A program made the position numbers and the translations under genes. The notes under the pieces were generated by a model. It made no database searches and had not been told where the DNA came from. It worked only from the letters and a program-made list of their open reading frames with translations. A stretch of DNA of 59,859 bases, counting the filler. It is 4 parts of 4 records of this genome, joined end to end, with 100 filler letters (N's around TTAATTAATTAA, not from the genome) between each part and the next. Parts side by side here need not be neighbours in the genome. Positions count along the whole stretch, not along the records: positions 1 to 23,727 come from DRR723986_1355; 3 more parts are not named here. One strand, written 5' to 3'. Positions 10,308 to 20,156 of the stretch are shown here, piece after piece. Position 1 is the first letter of the stretch; each line of letters begins with the position of its first letter.

Positions 10308-11261
10308 ATGAAATCCGTTCTTCTTTCCGGCCTGTCCGTACTTGCGCTTGCCGGTACTGCCACCGCCGCCGATCTGGGTGACACCGATACGCCGATCCGC
10401 CTGGCCATCAACGAATGGACCGGCCAGCACCTGTCCACGCATGTGGCGGGCCAGATCCTCGAACAGGCGGGCTATACCGTCGAATACGTGACGGCCGGTT
10501 ACTACAACATGTACCCCGCCATCGGAGAGGGCGAGATTCATGCCGCACTGGAAGTGTGGGATTCGAACGTGCCGGAGCTGTATTACGAAACCCTCAATGA
10601 GGGCGGCGTGATGGATATTGGCGATCTTGGCCTCGTGGCGCGTGAGGGCTTCGCCTATCCCGCCCATGTCGAAGAGATCTGCCCCGGCCTGCCCGCATGG
10701 GAAGCGCTGAACGATTGCGCCATGCAGTTCGCCACCGCCGAAACCATCCCGCAGGGCCGTCTGATCGACTATCCGGCGGATTGGGGCACCCCCGGCGCCG
10801 AACGCGCCGCCGGTCTGGAACTGCCGTTCCGCGCCGTGCCCGCCGGGTCCGAAGGGGCGCTGATCGCCGAGCTGCGCGCCTCTACCGAACGCGGCACTCC
10901 GCTGCTCATGGTCTTCTGGCAGCCGCATTGGGCCGTGTCGGCCTATGATCTGCGCTTTGTTGAACTGCCGCCGGGCACCCCGGAATGCTACGAGGACGCT
11001 TCGGTCGGTCCGAACCCTGATGCGACGTCCGATTGCGACTTCCTGCCGACCCGCGTCTTCAAGATCACCTGGTCCGGCTTCGCGGAACAGTGGCCCGCTG
11101 CCGCTGAAATCCTCGGTGCCTACCAGTTCATGACCGAAGACCAGCAACCGATGATGGGCATGGTCGACAATGACGGCATGTCGGTCGAAGAGGTTGCAGC
11201 CGCTTATATCGCTGAAAACGCCGATGCTGTTGCGGCGATAATCGCGGCCGCAACGGAGTAA
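10308..11261 (+). CDS. Glycine betaine/quaternary amine ABC substrate-binding protein (OpuAC/ProX/TmoX-like)
   Basis: Signal peptide; PIRLAINEWTGQ, LEVW, CPGLPAWEALNDC and FWQPHW motifs; precedes ProV/ProW-like genes. Confidence 0.82.
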   Translation: MKSVLLSGLSVLALAGTATAADLGDTDTPIRLAINEWTGQHLSTHVAGQILEQAGYTVEYVTAGYYNMYPAIGEGEIHAALEVWDSNVPELYYETLNEGGVMDIGDLGLVAREGFAYPAHVEEICPGLPAWEALNDCAMQFATAETIPQGRLIDYPADWGTPGAERAAGLELPFRAVPAGSEGALIAELRASTERGTPLLMVFWQPHWAVSAYDLRFVELPPGTPECYEDASVGPNPDATSDCDFLPTRVFKITWSGFAEQWPAAAEILGAYQFMTEDQQPMMGMVDNDGMSVEEVAAAYIAENADAVAAIIAAATE

Positions 11262-11269
11262 TCGGGGGT

Positions 11270-12331
11270 ATGACCGCTTCGGTCCCGACCGGAACTCCGG
11301 CAATCACTGTCGACGGGCTGTGGCAGGTCTTTGGCAGTGATGCCGAAACCAGATTGAAAAACGCGCAGGGGCGGGCCAGTTCCGCCCCTGACGCCGCTGA
11401 CCTTCTGCGCGACGAAGGGCTTATACCCGCCGTGCAGGACGCCAGTTTCGAGGTGCGAGAGGGTGAGCTATTCGTGATCATGGGTCTGTCGGGATCCGGC
11501 AAATCGACCATGATCCGATGCATCTCCCGCCTGGTGGAGCCAACTGCGGGGTCGGTGCTGATCGACGGCGAGGATATCCTGGCCGCCAGTCCCAAACGCC
11601 TGATCGAACTGCGCCGCAAGAAACTGGGCATGGTGTTCCAGCATTTTGGGCTGTTCCCCCATATGACCGTCGCCGACAACGTGGCCTTCCCGCTGAAAAT
11701 GCTGGGGAAATCCAGATCCGAACGGCGTGCCCGTGCGATGGAAGTGATCGAAATGGTTGGCCTGACAGGGCGCGAGGATGCCTATCCGCGCGAATTGTCT
11801 GGTGGCCAGAAACAGCGCGTCGGGATCGCCCGGTCTTTGGCCGCCAATCCCGATATCTGGTTCCTGGACGAGCCGTTCTCGGCGCTTGACCCGCTGATCA
11901 GGCGGCAGTTGCAGGACGAGTTCCTGAAGATTCAGTCGACGCTGAACAAGACCATTGTCTTCATCACCCACGATATCTCTGAGGCGCTGAAACTGGCGGA
12001 CCGCATCGCCATCATGCGTGATGGCAAAATCGTGCAGATCGGAACGCCCGCGCAGATCGTGCTGAACCCGGTCGACGACTATGTGCGAGAGTTTTCGCGC
12101 GATGTGGCCAAGGGTAAGCACGCTTGCCTGGATTCCGTGGTGGAAACCGGCGATGTGCTGCCCGAAATGCCCGACGATCCCAAGTTGCGCATCGACATGA
12201 CATTGGACGAAGCGCTGGCGTCGTGCATGTCGTGCTATCAGCATGTGCCGGTCTGGGATCGCGAGGGCAAGATGGTGGGCTTTGTCCACCCCTCGGCTCT
12301 GGCGGCTGCCCTTCAGGTTGACCCGGCATGA
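11270..12331 (+). CDS. Betaine/proline/choline ABC transporter ATP-binding protein (ProV-like)
   Basis: FVIMGLSGSGKST, LSGGQKQRVGIAR and DEPFSALDPLIRRQLQDE motifs. Confidence 0.92.
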   Translation: MTASVPTGTPAITVDGLWQVFGSDAETRLKNAQGRASSAPDAADLLRDEGLIPAVQDASFEVREGELFVIMGLSGSGKSTMIRCISRLVEPTAGSVLIDGEDILAASPKRLIELRRKKLGMVFQHFGLFPHMTVADNVAFPLKMLGKSRSERRARAMEVIEMVGLTGREDAYPRELSGGQKQRVGIARSLAANPDIWFLDEPFSALDPLIRRQLQDEFLKIQSTLNKTIVFITHDISEALKLADRIAIMRDGKIVQIGTPAQIVLNPVDDYVREFSRDVAKGKHACLDSVVETGDVLPEMPDDPKLRIDMTLDEALASCMSCYQHVPVWDREGKMVGFVHPSALAAALQVDPA

Positions 12332-14394
12332 GCGATATAAGCCTGCCAGCCCCAACCCTCCTCAGCCGCCTGACACCGGGTGCGCGCGCGGCGCTTGTGA
12401 CGCTTCTGGCCGGGGCGCTGTGCCAGCTTATGGAATCTTCAACTGACCTGCTGCCGGTCTGGCCAGAGGCTTGGACCCTGCCGGTGACGGAATGGGTCGG
12501 GAATTCGCTCGATTGGCTGTTCGACATCATCCGTCCGGCAATGCGACTGATCTCTGCCGTGCTGGAATATCCTATGCTCTGGGTGAACTGGGTGCTGGTG
12601 AACACGCCCTGGCCGCTGATCATTGGCGCAACGGTGGCACTTGGCTGGTATGCGGGCGGGCTGTCTTTGGCGCTGATGTCCGCGATCGGGCTCGGCTTCG
12701 TCCTTGCCTCGGGCTACTGGATCGAGGGGATGAACACGCTGGCGCTGGTCTTCGTATCGGTTCCGCTGGCACTGGCGCTCGGGCTGCTGATCGGCATTTG
12801 GTCCAACGAAAGCGCGCGGGCGCGGCCCTGGATCGAGGCGACGCTGGACCTGATGCAGACGGTGCCGACCTTTGCCTATCTGACGCCGCTTCTTCTGCTC
12901 TTCGGGTTTGGCCCGGTGGTGGGCCTGATCGCGTCGGCCATCTATGCCGCCCCGCCAATGGCGCGGAACACGCTTTTGGGCCTGCAACGGGTCGAGGCGG
13001 AAGTGAAAGAGGCTGGCGTCATGTCCGGCGCAACCCGGCTGCAACAGCTTGTGCAGGTGGAAATCCCCGCCGCCGCCACTCAGATCATGATCGGTGTAAA
13101 TCAAGCGCTGATGGCGGCCTTGTCCATGGTGATCATCGCCGCCGTCATCGGCGGGTTTGACGATATCGGCTGGGAAGTGCTGCTGACCATGCGGCAGGCC
13201 AATTTTGGCCAAAGCCTGCTGGCGGGCCTCGTGATCGTGGTCTTTGCAATCATCATCGACCGAATCTCGGCCCGCATGGCCACGTCTCGTGACCGCTTTG
13301 ACGTGCGGATTTCATGGATCATTCTTGCCGTGGCAATCGCCGCTTCGGTCCTTGCCTGGGCGGCGCTGCCTGCCCCCGGTGAAATGGCGATCCTGGCCCC
13401 GACGGTCGAGGCCGTCGACGGGGCACTGTCCAGTTTTACCCGCAGCGCGGGGTCGACGCTGGACAGCATCAAGAATAACGCGATGTTCTATGGGCTGCTG
13501 CCATTGCGCATCGGGCTGGATGGCGCGGTGCTGCCGTTCACATGGGGATTCAGCTGGACGGCGAACATGTCCTATGCGGTCTTTGCGGTGGCGGGCGCGC
13601 TTGGGGTTGCGGTGGCGCTGACCGGGCGCGTGGCCTTTGGGCTGTGCCTGCCGATCATCGCGGGCATCGTGGAAACCGGCGTGTCGGATCTGCCATGGCC
13701 CTTCGTCCTTGTGGGGCTTGGTGCGGTCGCCTGGGTCGCGGGCGGATGGAAGCTGACGCGGCTGGTGGTCATCCTGATGCTTGCCATCGCCATTTCGGGC
13801 CTGTGGCCCCGCGCGATGCTGTCGCTTTACCTGTGTGGTGCGGCGGTCATTGCCTGCGCGGTTCTTGGCGGAGCTTTGGGCCTGCTGTCGGCGGTGTCGA
13901 AACCGGCTTGGGCGGTGATCCGGCCCGTCTGCGACATGCTGCAAACCATTCCGCTGTTCGTCTTCCTGATCCCGGTTCTGATGTTCTTCCAGATCGGCGA
14001 GTTCTCTGCCTTCCTCGCCATCATCGCCTACGCCATCGTGCCGATGATCCGCTATACCCGCCACGGGCTGGTCACCACGCCGCCCGAAATGCTGGAATCG
14101 GCGGTGTCCTCTGGCGCGACCGAATGGCAGATCATGAAAGAGGTGCGCGCGCCCTATGCGGCACCGACGATCCTTTTGGGGCTGAATCAGACCATCCTTT
14201 ATGCTTTCGCCATGCTGGTTATCGCGGCGTTGATCGGCACCACCGGTCTGGGCCAGTCGATCTATATTGCGCTTGGGTCGGGCGATGTGGGGCTTGGCAT
14301 TTCTGCCGGTGCGGCCATGGCCATCCTTGCGTTGATTGCCGACCGCATAGTACAGGGGTTCGCAGAAGAACGGCGGAGGGCCCTCGGCCTATGA
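12328..14394 (+). CDS. ABC transporter permease with two fused ProW-like domains
   Basis: Two repeats, LDLMQTVPTFAYL and CDMLQTIPLFVFL, each followed by an EAA-like loop. Confidence 0.88.
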   Translation: MSDISLPAPTLLSRLTPGARAALVTLLAGALCQLMESSTDLLPVWPEAWTLPVTEWVGNSLDWLFDIIRPAMRLISAVLEYPMLWVNWVLVNTPWPLIIGATVALGWYAGGLSLALMSAIGLGFVLASGYWIEGMNTLALVFVSVPLALALGLLIGIWSNESARARPWIEATLDLMQTVPTFAYLTPLLLLFGFGPVVGLIASAIYAAPPMARNTLLGLQRVEAEVKEAGVMSGATRLQQLVQVEIPAAATQIMIGVNQALMAALSMVIIAAVIGGFDDIGWEVLLTMRQANFGQSLLAGLVIVVFAIIIDRISARMATSRDRFDVRISWIILAVAIAASVLAWAALPAPGEMAILAPTVEAVDGALSSFTRSAGSTLDSIKNNAMFYGLLPLRIGLDGAVLPFTWGFSWTANMSYAVFAVAGALGVAVALTGRVAFGLCLPIIAGIVETGVSDLPWPFVLVGLGAVAWVAGGWKLTRLVVILMLAIAISGLWPRAMLSLYLCGAAVIACAVLGGALGLLSAVSKPAWAVIRPVCDMLQTIPLFVFLIPVLMFFQIGEFSAFLAIIAYAIVPMIRYTRHGLVTTPPEMLESAVSSGATEWQIMKEVRAPYAAPTILLGLNQTILYAFAMLVIAALIGTTGLGQSIYIALGSGDVGLGISAGAAMAILALIADRIVQGFAEERRRALGL

Positions 14395-15395
14395 ACGACG
14401 AGTTCATCCCCAAGGGGGTGGCGCATGTGGATCTGCCCCCGGGGCAGGAAACCGAAGTCATCAGCTTCCTGTTGCTGCCCAAACTATCGTTGCTGGCCTT
14501 CACGTCGGCGATTGAGCCATTGCGGATCGCCAATCAACTGACTGGTCAGAAGCTCTATAGCTGGCAGATGATCACACAGACGGGACTGCCGGTGCGCGCC
14601 TCGAACGGGGTCGAGATCGGCGCAACCTGCGCGATTGCCGATGCCAAGATCAGTGGGCCGCTGTTTGTCTGTTCCGGGGTGGAACCCGATACCGTTGTCA
14701 CCGATCAGGTGGCGGGTCTGGTGCGCAAGCATTGGCGGATGGGCCATCAGGTGGGCGGGCTTTGCACCGGGGCCTATGCGCTGGCGCGGGCGGGTATTCT
14801 GAAGGGCAAGGATTTCACCCTGCATTGGGAAAACATGCCGCCCTTCCGCGAAAGCTTCCCGGATTTGGAACCTCTGGACCAACTCTACGCCATCGACGAT
14901 CGGATCGTGACCTGCGGTGGCGGGTCGTCCGCGACCGACCTGTTCCTGCGGCTGATTTCCGAACGCTTCGGCCCGATCCTGTCCCATTCGGTGCTGAACA
15001 TGTGCCTGCACCCGGTGCATCGGTCCGAGGAAGAGGCGCAGCAATCTTCGCGCGCGGCATCGCTTGGGACGCGCAACCGCAAGCTGTTGCAGATTCTTCG
15101 CTATATGGAAGAAAACATAGAAGAACTCTTTTCGCTCGATGATCTGGCCACCCGGTTCAAGGTCTCGCGTCGGCAAATCGAACGGCTGTTCCTGACCCAT
15201 GTGAAGGCCACGCCCAAACAGTACCTTACCGACCTGCGCCTACGCCGAGGGCGGATGTTGCTGGCGGAGACGGATATGAAAGTGGCCGATATCGCCAGCT
15301 CCTGCGGGTTTGAATCGACCAACCATTTCTCGCGCCGGTTCCGAGAGAAATACGGGGTGTCTCCGCATAAGTTCCAGTCGGCGGGGCGGGGGTAG
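14391..15395 (+). CDS. GlxA/GbdR-family AraC transcriptional regulator
   Basis: True start MNDEFIPKG at ATG 14391 overlapping the upstream stop; AIEPLRIAN, GLCTGAYALA and HWEN (DJ-1-like domain) plus a C-terminal AraC HTH. Confidence 0.9.
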   Translation: MNDEFIPKGVAHVDLPPGQETEVISFLLLPKLSLLAFTSAIEPLRIANQLTGQKLYSWQMITQTGLPVRASNGVEIGATCAIADAKISGPLFVCSGVEPDTVVTDQVAGLVRKHWRMGHQVGGLCTGAYALARAGILKGKDFTLHWENMPPFRESFPDLEPLDQLYAIDDRIVTCGGGSSATDLFLRLISERFGPILSHSVLNMCLHPVHRSEEEAQQSSRAASLGTRNRKLLQILRYMEENIEELFSLDDLATRFKVSRRQIERLFLTHVKATPKQYLTDLRLRRGRMLLAETDMKVADIASSCGFESTNHFSRRFREKYGVSPHKFQSAGRG

Positions 15396-15615
15396 GGCTG
15401 CGCCGCATTCTGTGGCTCGATATCGGTTTCTGACCCGTCGGGATCACGATGGAATGCCTGATCTCGTCGGCATACCGTCCCGGCCTGTTGCCTTCGATAT
15501 CGGCGCGCCCCTGCAAATAACAGTTGATTGGCGTCCGACAGAAGGTCAGGCTGAGCAGAGCAGACATTCCTGCCTGCGAATTACCGGCTTTTGGTAGCCA
15601 CTTCCGGAGATTGCC

Positions 15616-15909
15616 ATGAAACTGCTCCACTCAGCGCTCGCGCTTTGTCTGCTTGCCTTGCCCGTTTCTGCCGAAAGCCACGGCGCACAGCAGGCGACCT
15701 GCTATTTTTCAATTACCGGTGAACCCAATGGGGTCGACTATGGCAACCAGGCCAACGGCGCGGCGTCCGGGACCTGGTATCAGGCCGAGTATTCGGGCGA
15801 TTACGCCTACCTGTTCGTCGTGGACCGGAACGGAGACAACTATTCCTGCCCCGCCAGATTGAACGTGGGGTGCAGCGATTGCCGGCAAGTCAGCCCGGTT
15901 TGGGAATAA
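15616..15909 (+). CDS. Small secreted hypothetical protein with 4 Cys in the mature part
   Basis: GGAGA RBS; signal peptide MKLLHSALALCLLALPVSA; CSDC near the C-terminus. Confidence 0.65.
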   Translation: MKLLHSALALCLLALPVSAESHGAQQATCYFSITGEPNGVDYGNQANGAASGTWYQAEYSGDYAYLFVVDRNGDNYSCPARLNVGCSDCRQVSPVWE

Positions 15910-16004
15910 TCAGTCAGTGCGACCACCAAGGCTGATCCGGGTGCCTTTATCCACGAATGTGTGACCCGGCTTTCGGGGGGAGGGGCGGTCCGGCGGGCTG
16001 ATCC

Positions 16005-16349
16005 CTATCCCGATTTCCGCACCACATCCCAAAGCGACCGTGCCAGCACCAGCGGCACGGTCGGCCCCGTTGCAGCCCCCACCACCAGATCGTCGTCATG
16101 GGCGTCGGATTTGCGCAGGGAACAGCGCCAGTGGCCGTTTGGTTCGGCGGCTTGGCCCGTCAGGTGGATATGCCAGCCGGGCAGGCAGTGGGACAGCAGG
16201 TGCATGACCGCCTCGGTCGGGTCTGACAGCACCTCCGGGTGGGCGGGGGCCTCGGGGAACACACTGCCCGCAGCGGCGCAGATCTCGGCCAGCATGTCTG
16301 CGTCCAGCGACTTGGCGGCGGCAAGGCGGTCGGTCAGGTCTTGGGTCAT
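16005..16349 (-). CDS. Hypothetical protein
   Basis: AGGAG RBS upstream; protein-like composition (LPGWHIHLTG...WRCSLR). Confidence 0.65.
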   Translation of the reverse strand: MTQDLTDRLAAAKSLDADMLAEICAAAGSVFPEAPAHPEVLSDPTEAVMHLLSHCLPGWHIHLTGQAAEPNGHWRCSLRKSDAHDDDLVVGAATGPTVPLVLARSLWDVVRKSG

Positions 16350-16486
16350 TTGCGGCTCCTGTGAACTGTTGCTTCTGTTGTGCCGCGCCCTGCGTCAATC
16401 GACCATGACCTGTATCAAGGAGCCACGCCAAAGACGCGCGTAGCCTGTCGTCAACGGGCCGACCCGGCCCTGACAGGAGGACAGAC

Positions 16487-18877
16487 ATGGCCCGCTACGT
16501 TATCGGATTTGAAGACCTGCACCGCGCCGATGTTGCGCTTGTGGGTGGCAAGAACAGCTCTCTTGGGGAAATGGTACAGGAACTGGCGGGGCAGGGGATC
16601 GCCGTGCCGGGTGGTTTTGCCACCACCTCTGATGCGTTCCGCGCTTTTCTGAAAGCCAACGGGCTGGAAGCGATGATTGCCGAAACTGTAGACCGCTGGC
16701 AGGCGGGCAAGATTACGCTGGCAGAGGCGGGCAGTAGCATCCGCGCGGCAATTGTCTCGGGTGATTGGCCCGAGGAAATCCGGGCGGACATCCTGTCGTC
16801 CTACGCGGCGCTCAGCGAAACGGCGGGCAAGGCGGATGTGGCGGTGGCGGTGCGGTCGTCGGCCACGGCAGAGGATCTGCCCGACGCCAGTTTCGCGGGC
16901 CAGCAGGAAACCTTTCTGAATATCGAGGGCGAGGCCGATCTGCTGACCGCCTGCCGCCGCTGTTTTGCGTCGCTCTTTACCGACCGGGCGATCAGCTACC
17001 GCGAGGTGAAGGGGTTCGATCATATGGCAGTGGCTCTGTCGGTCGGGGTGCAACGCATGGTGCGGGCCGATACGGGCGGATCTGGCGTGATGTTTTCCAT
17101 CGACACGGAGTCCGGCTTCGACAAGATCGTGCTGATCAACGCCGCTTGGGGGCTTGGGGAAAACGTGGTGCAGGGGGCCGTGGACCCCGATGAATACCAG
17201 GTGTTCAAGCCGTTTCTGGACAATGAGGCGCTTTCCCCCATCGTCGGCAAGCGGCGCGGTGCGAAAGAGATCAAGATGATCCTCGGCGGCAAGGGCCCTG
17301 CGCCCGTGCGCAACGTGCCCACATCCAAGGCCGAGCGTCGGGCCTGGGTGCTGAATGACAGCGAAATCCTGTCGCTGGCCCGCATGGCCGCCACCATCGA
17401 ACGCCACTACGGTTGTGCGATGGATATGGAATGGGCGCGCGATGGTGACACGGGCGAGCTGTTCATCGTGCAGGCCCGGCCGGAAACGGTGGAAAGCCAG
17501 CGCAAGGCGGGCGCGTTGCGCAGTTATTCGTTGGACGGTGCGGGCGAGGTTCTGTTGCAGGGGCTCAGCGTTGGCAATGCCGTGGCCACGGGCCGCGTCT
17601 GCCTGATCGAAAGCGTGGCGGATATCGACCGGTTCGTCGATGGCTCCATCCTCGTGACCTCCAATACCGACCCCGACTGGGTGCCGGTCATGAAACGCGC
17701 GGCGGCGATCATCACCGACCATGGCGGGCGCACGTCTCATGCGGCGATTGTCAGCCGGGAACTGGGGGTGCCAGCCATCGTCGGGACCGGCAACGCAACC
17801 CATGTGCTGCATGATCAGCAGGACGTGACGGTCAACTGCGCGGCAGGGGAAGATGGGCTGATCCACGCCGGGATCGCCAAAGTCACGGTCGAAGAACTGG
17901 ACCTGTCCGATCTGCCCGAAACCCGCACCAAGATCATGCTGAACATGGCCAACCCCTCTGCCGCGTTCCGCTGGTGGCGGCTGCCCGCCGACGGGGTGGG
18001 ACTGGCGCGGATGGAGTTCGTGGTGAACAACGCCGTCAAGGTGCATCCCATGGCGCTGATCGAATTTGACAAGGTTGCAGATGCGGGCGAACGCGCTCAG
18101 ATCGAGGCACTGACGGCGGGCTACCCCGACAAGCCGGATTACTTCGTCGATCAACTGGCGCGGGGCCTGTCCCAGATCGCCGCTTTCACGCATCCAAACC
18201 CGGTCATCGTTCGGATGAGCGACTTCAAGACCAATGAATATGCAGAGCTTTTGGGCGGGCGCGCGTTTGAACCCAACGAGGAAAACCCGATGATCGGGTT
18301 CCGGGGCGCGTCGCGCTACACCGACCCGGCCTATAGTCCGGGGTTCGAGCTGGAATGCCAAGCGATCCGGCAGCTGCGCGAAGACATGGGGTTCGACAAC
18401 GTCGCCGTCATGATCCCCTTCTGCCGCACGCCGGATGAGGCGGACAGGGTGCTGGAGGTCATGGGCCGCGCCGGGCTGGAACGGGGCCGCGCCGGGCTTG
18501 AGGTTTTCGTGATGTGCGAGATTCCGGCCAATGTGATCCGGGCGGAGGAGTTTGCCGACCGCTTTGACGGCTTCTCCATCGGCTCCAACGACCTGACACA
18601 GCTAACGCTCGGCGTGGACCGCGACAGCGACCGGCTGGCCAAGCTCTTTGACGAAAGCGACCCGTCGGTTCTGTGGATGATCCGCACGGTGATCGAAAAG
18701 GCCCGCGCGGCGGGGCGCAAGATCGGGCTGTGTGGGCAGGCCCCGTCCAACAACCCGGTTTTCGCACAATTGCTGGTCGATGCGGGGATCGACTCGATTT
18801 CCGTCACGCCCGACAGCTTTGCCGCCGTAAAGGCGCAGGTCGCCAAGGCGGAGGCTATGCAGAAAGGCCCCGATTGA
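16487..18877 (+). CDS. ppsA: Phosphoenolpyruvate synthase
   Basis: VGGKNSSLGEM, VAVRSSATAEDLPDASFAGQQET, phospho-His motif GGRTSHAAI and FSIGSNDLTQL. Confidence 0.96.
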   Translation: MARYVIGFEDLHRADVALVGGKNSSLGEMVQELAGQGIAVPGGFATTSDAFRAFLKANGLEAMIAETVDRWQAGKITLAEAGSSIRAAIVSGDWPEEIRADILSSYAALSETAGKADVAVAVRSSATAEDLPDASFAGQQETFLNIEGEADLLTACRRCFASLFTDRAISYREVKGFDHMAVALSVGVQRMVRADTGGSGVMFSIDTESGFDKIVLINAAWGLGENVVQGAVDPDEYQVFKPFLDNEALSPIVGKRRGAKEIKMILGGKGPAPVRNVPTSKAERRAWVLNDSEILSLARMAATIERHYGCAMDMEWARDGDTGELFIVQARPETVESQRKAGALRSYSLDGAGEVLLQGLSVGNAVATGRVCLIESVADIDRFVDGSILVTSNTDPDWVPVMKRAAAIITDHGGRTSHAAIVSRELGVPAIVGTGNATHVLHDQQDVTVNCAAGEDGLIHAGIAKVTVEELDLSDLPETRTKIMLNMANPSAAFRWWRLPADGVGLARMEFVVNNAVKVHPMALIEFDKVADAGERAQIEALTAGYPDKPDYFVDQLARGLSQIAAFTHPNPVIVRMSDFKTNEYAELLGGRAFEPNEENPMIGFRGASRYTDPAYSPGFELECQAIRQLREDMGFDNVAVMIPFCRTPDEADRVLEVMGRAGLERGRAGLEVFVMCEIPANVIRAEEFADRFDGFSIGSNDLTQLTLGVDRDSDRLAKLFDESDPSVLWMIRTVIEKARAAGRKIGLCGQAPSNNPVFAQLLVDAGIDSISVTPDSFAAVKAQVAKAEAMQKGPD

Positions 18878-18958
18878 GTAGTCTGCGGGGTGGGAGGCAC
18901 CCGGATTTTGCCGGGTGTGCATTTTTCAATACTCGCATTTACGGAGGTCTGACCTGAC

Positions 18959-20116
18959 ATGACCCGATTGCCTTTCGCCCTGACCCTGTCGCTTCTGGCA
19001 AGCACCGCTTTCGCCGGTCCACCGGTTGAACAACCGGCACCAGCCCCCGCCCCAGCCCCGGTGGGGGCAGGCAGCGGGGCGACCGTGTATGATTGCCAGA
19101 TCGCGGGCCGCAACGAACGTTTCGTGATCGCAGGCGGCGCCTTGGCCGAGGGGCCGGGCACGCTGAGTGTGCTGACCGAGGGGGTCTTCGTGGTGTCGCG
19201 CAATGGTGTGACTTACCTGATCGACCCAACCGGCGTTCAGATCGACCAAGGTGTCGACGCGGGCAAGTGGCCCTGCGTGGAAACCGTGGCGGCAGCGCCT
19301 GCTCCGGCACCTGCACCTGCCGTCCCCGATGCCAACCAGATGGCCCGCATTGTGGAGCTTGAGGCCGCGCTGGCCAACATGCAGGCCGGGCTCAGCGCCG
19401 CCAATGGTGAAAGGGACGCGGCGATTGCCGCCCGCGAGGCCGCACTTGTCGCGCTTGGTGAGGCACAGGCCGCCAGTGGCGCGGCTGCAACGGCTGCACA
19501 AACCGCCCTGGCCGAGGCCGCTGCACTTCTGTCCCGTGCTGAAGGTGCCGAGTCCGCTGCCACCACCGCCATTGCCGCACAGGCAAGTGCCGAAGCGCGG
19601 GTCATGGAACTGGAAGCCGCCGCAACGGCTGACGCGGTGGAAATGGCCCAGATGCGGACGTTGCAGGGCCAGATGGCCGAAACGCTTGCAGCGGCAGAGG
19701 CCCGCGTGGCCGAGCTGGAACTGGCCCTCGCGGCCTCCATGGCCGTGCCCGAAGAAGATAATGCGGATACCGGCGACGCCATGAGCGACGAGGCTGACAG
19801 CCCTTCCGAAGACATGTCTGACGATGCTGCCGGGGACATGTCGGACGATGCAGGTGCCCCCGCAGAGGAAATGGCTGACGAGGCTGCGGAAGACATGACT
19901 GATGACGCTGATGCAGCGACTGAAGATATGTCAGAGGATCATGGCGCGATGGAGGAGGGCGGCTTTGACGCCGACGCCGCGCTGATGGCCATCGGGGCCG
20001 CGGAACTCAGCCCGATCTCTCGCGCGGCTTTGACCGCTGCCGTGGAACAGGCCCGCGCCAATCCCGACCTTGTGGCCGAGGTCGTGGCCCGGCTGCAAAA
20101 CGCGCTCGGGGAATGA
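18959..20116 (+). CDS. Secreted hypothetical protein with Pro-Ala linkers, a coiled coil and Asp/Glu/Met-rich repeats
   Basis: GGAGG RBS; signal peptide; (PA)n linkers; Ala-rich heptads; DMSDDA-type repeats. Confidence 0.75.
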   Translation: MTRLPFALTLSLLASTAFAGPPVEQPAPAPAPAPVGAGSGATVYDCQIAGRNERFVIAGGALAEGPGTLSVLTEGVFVVSRNGVTYLIDPTGVQIDQGVDAGKWPCVETVAAAPAPAPAPAVPDANQMARIVELEAALANMQAGLSAANGERDAAIAAREAALVALGEAQAASGAAATAAQTALAEAAALLSRAEGAESAATTAIAAQASAEARVMELEAAATADAVEMAQMRTLQGQMAETLAAAEARVAELELALAASMAVPEEDNADTGDAMSDEADSPSEDMSDDAAGDMSDDAGAPAEEMADEAAEDMTDDADAATEDMSEDHGAMEEGGFDADAALMAIGAAELSPISRAALTAAVEQARANPDLVAEVVARLQNALGE

Positions 20117-20123
20117 TGCAGGT

Positions 20124-20156
20124 CGGGCCGGGGCGCGAAACCCCGGCCCGTCTTTT
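20124..20156 (+). terminator. Terminator between convergent genes
   Basis: CGGGCCGGGG-cgcgaaa-CCCCGGCCCG followed by TCTTTT. Confidence 0.75.

Noticed and set aside
13542-14390. 617-aa ORF suggesting an N-terminally extended AraC regulator
   Set aside because: The extension is an off-frame overlap with the permease gene; the real protein starts at ATG 14391.
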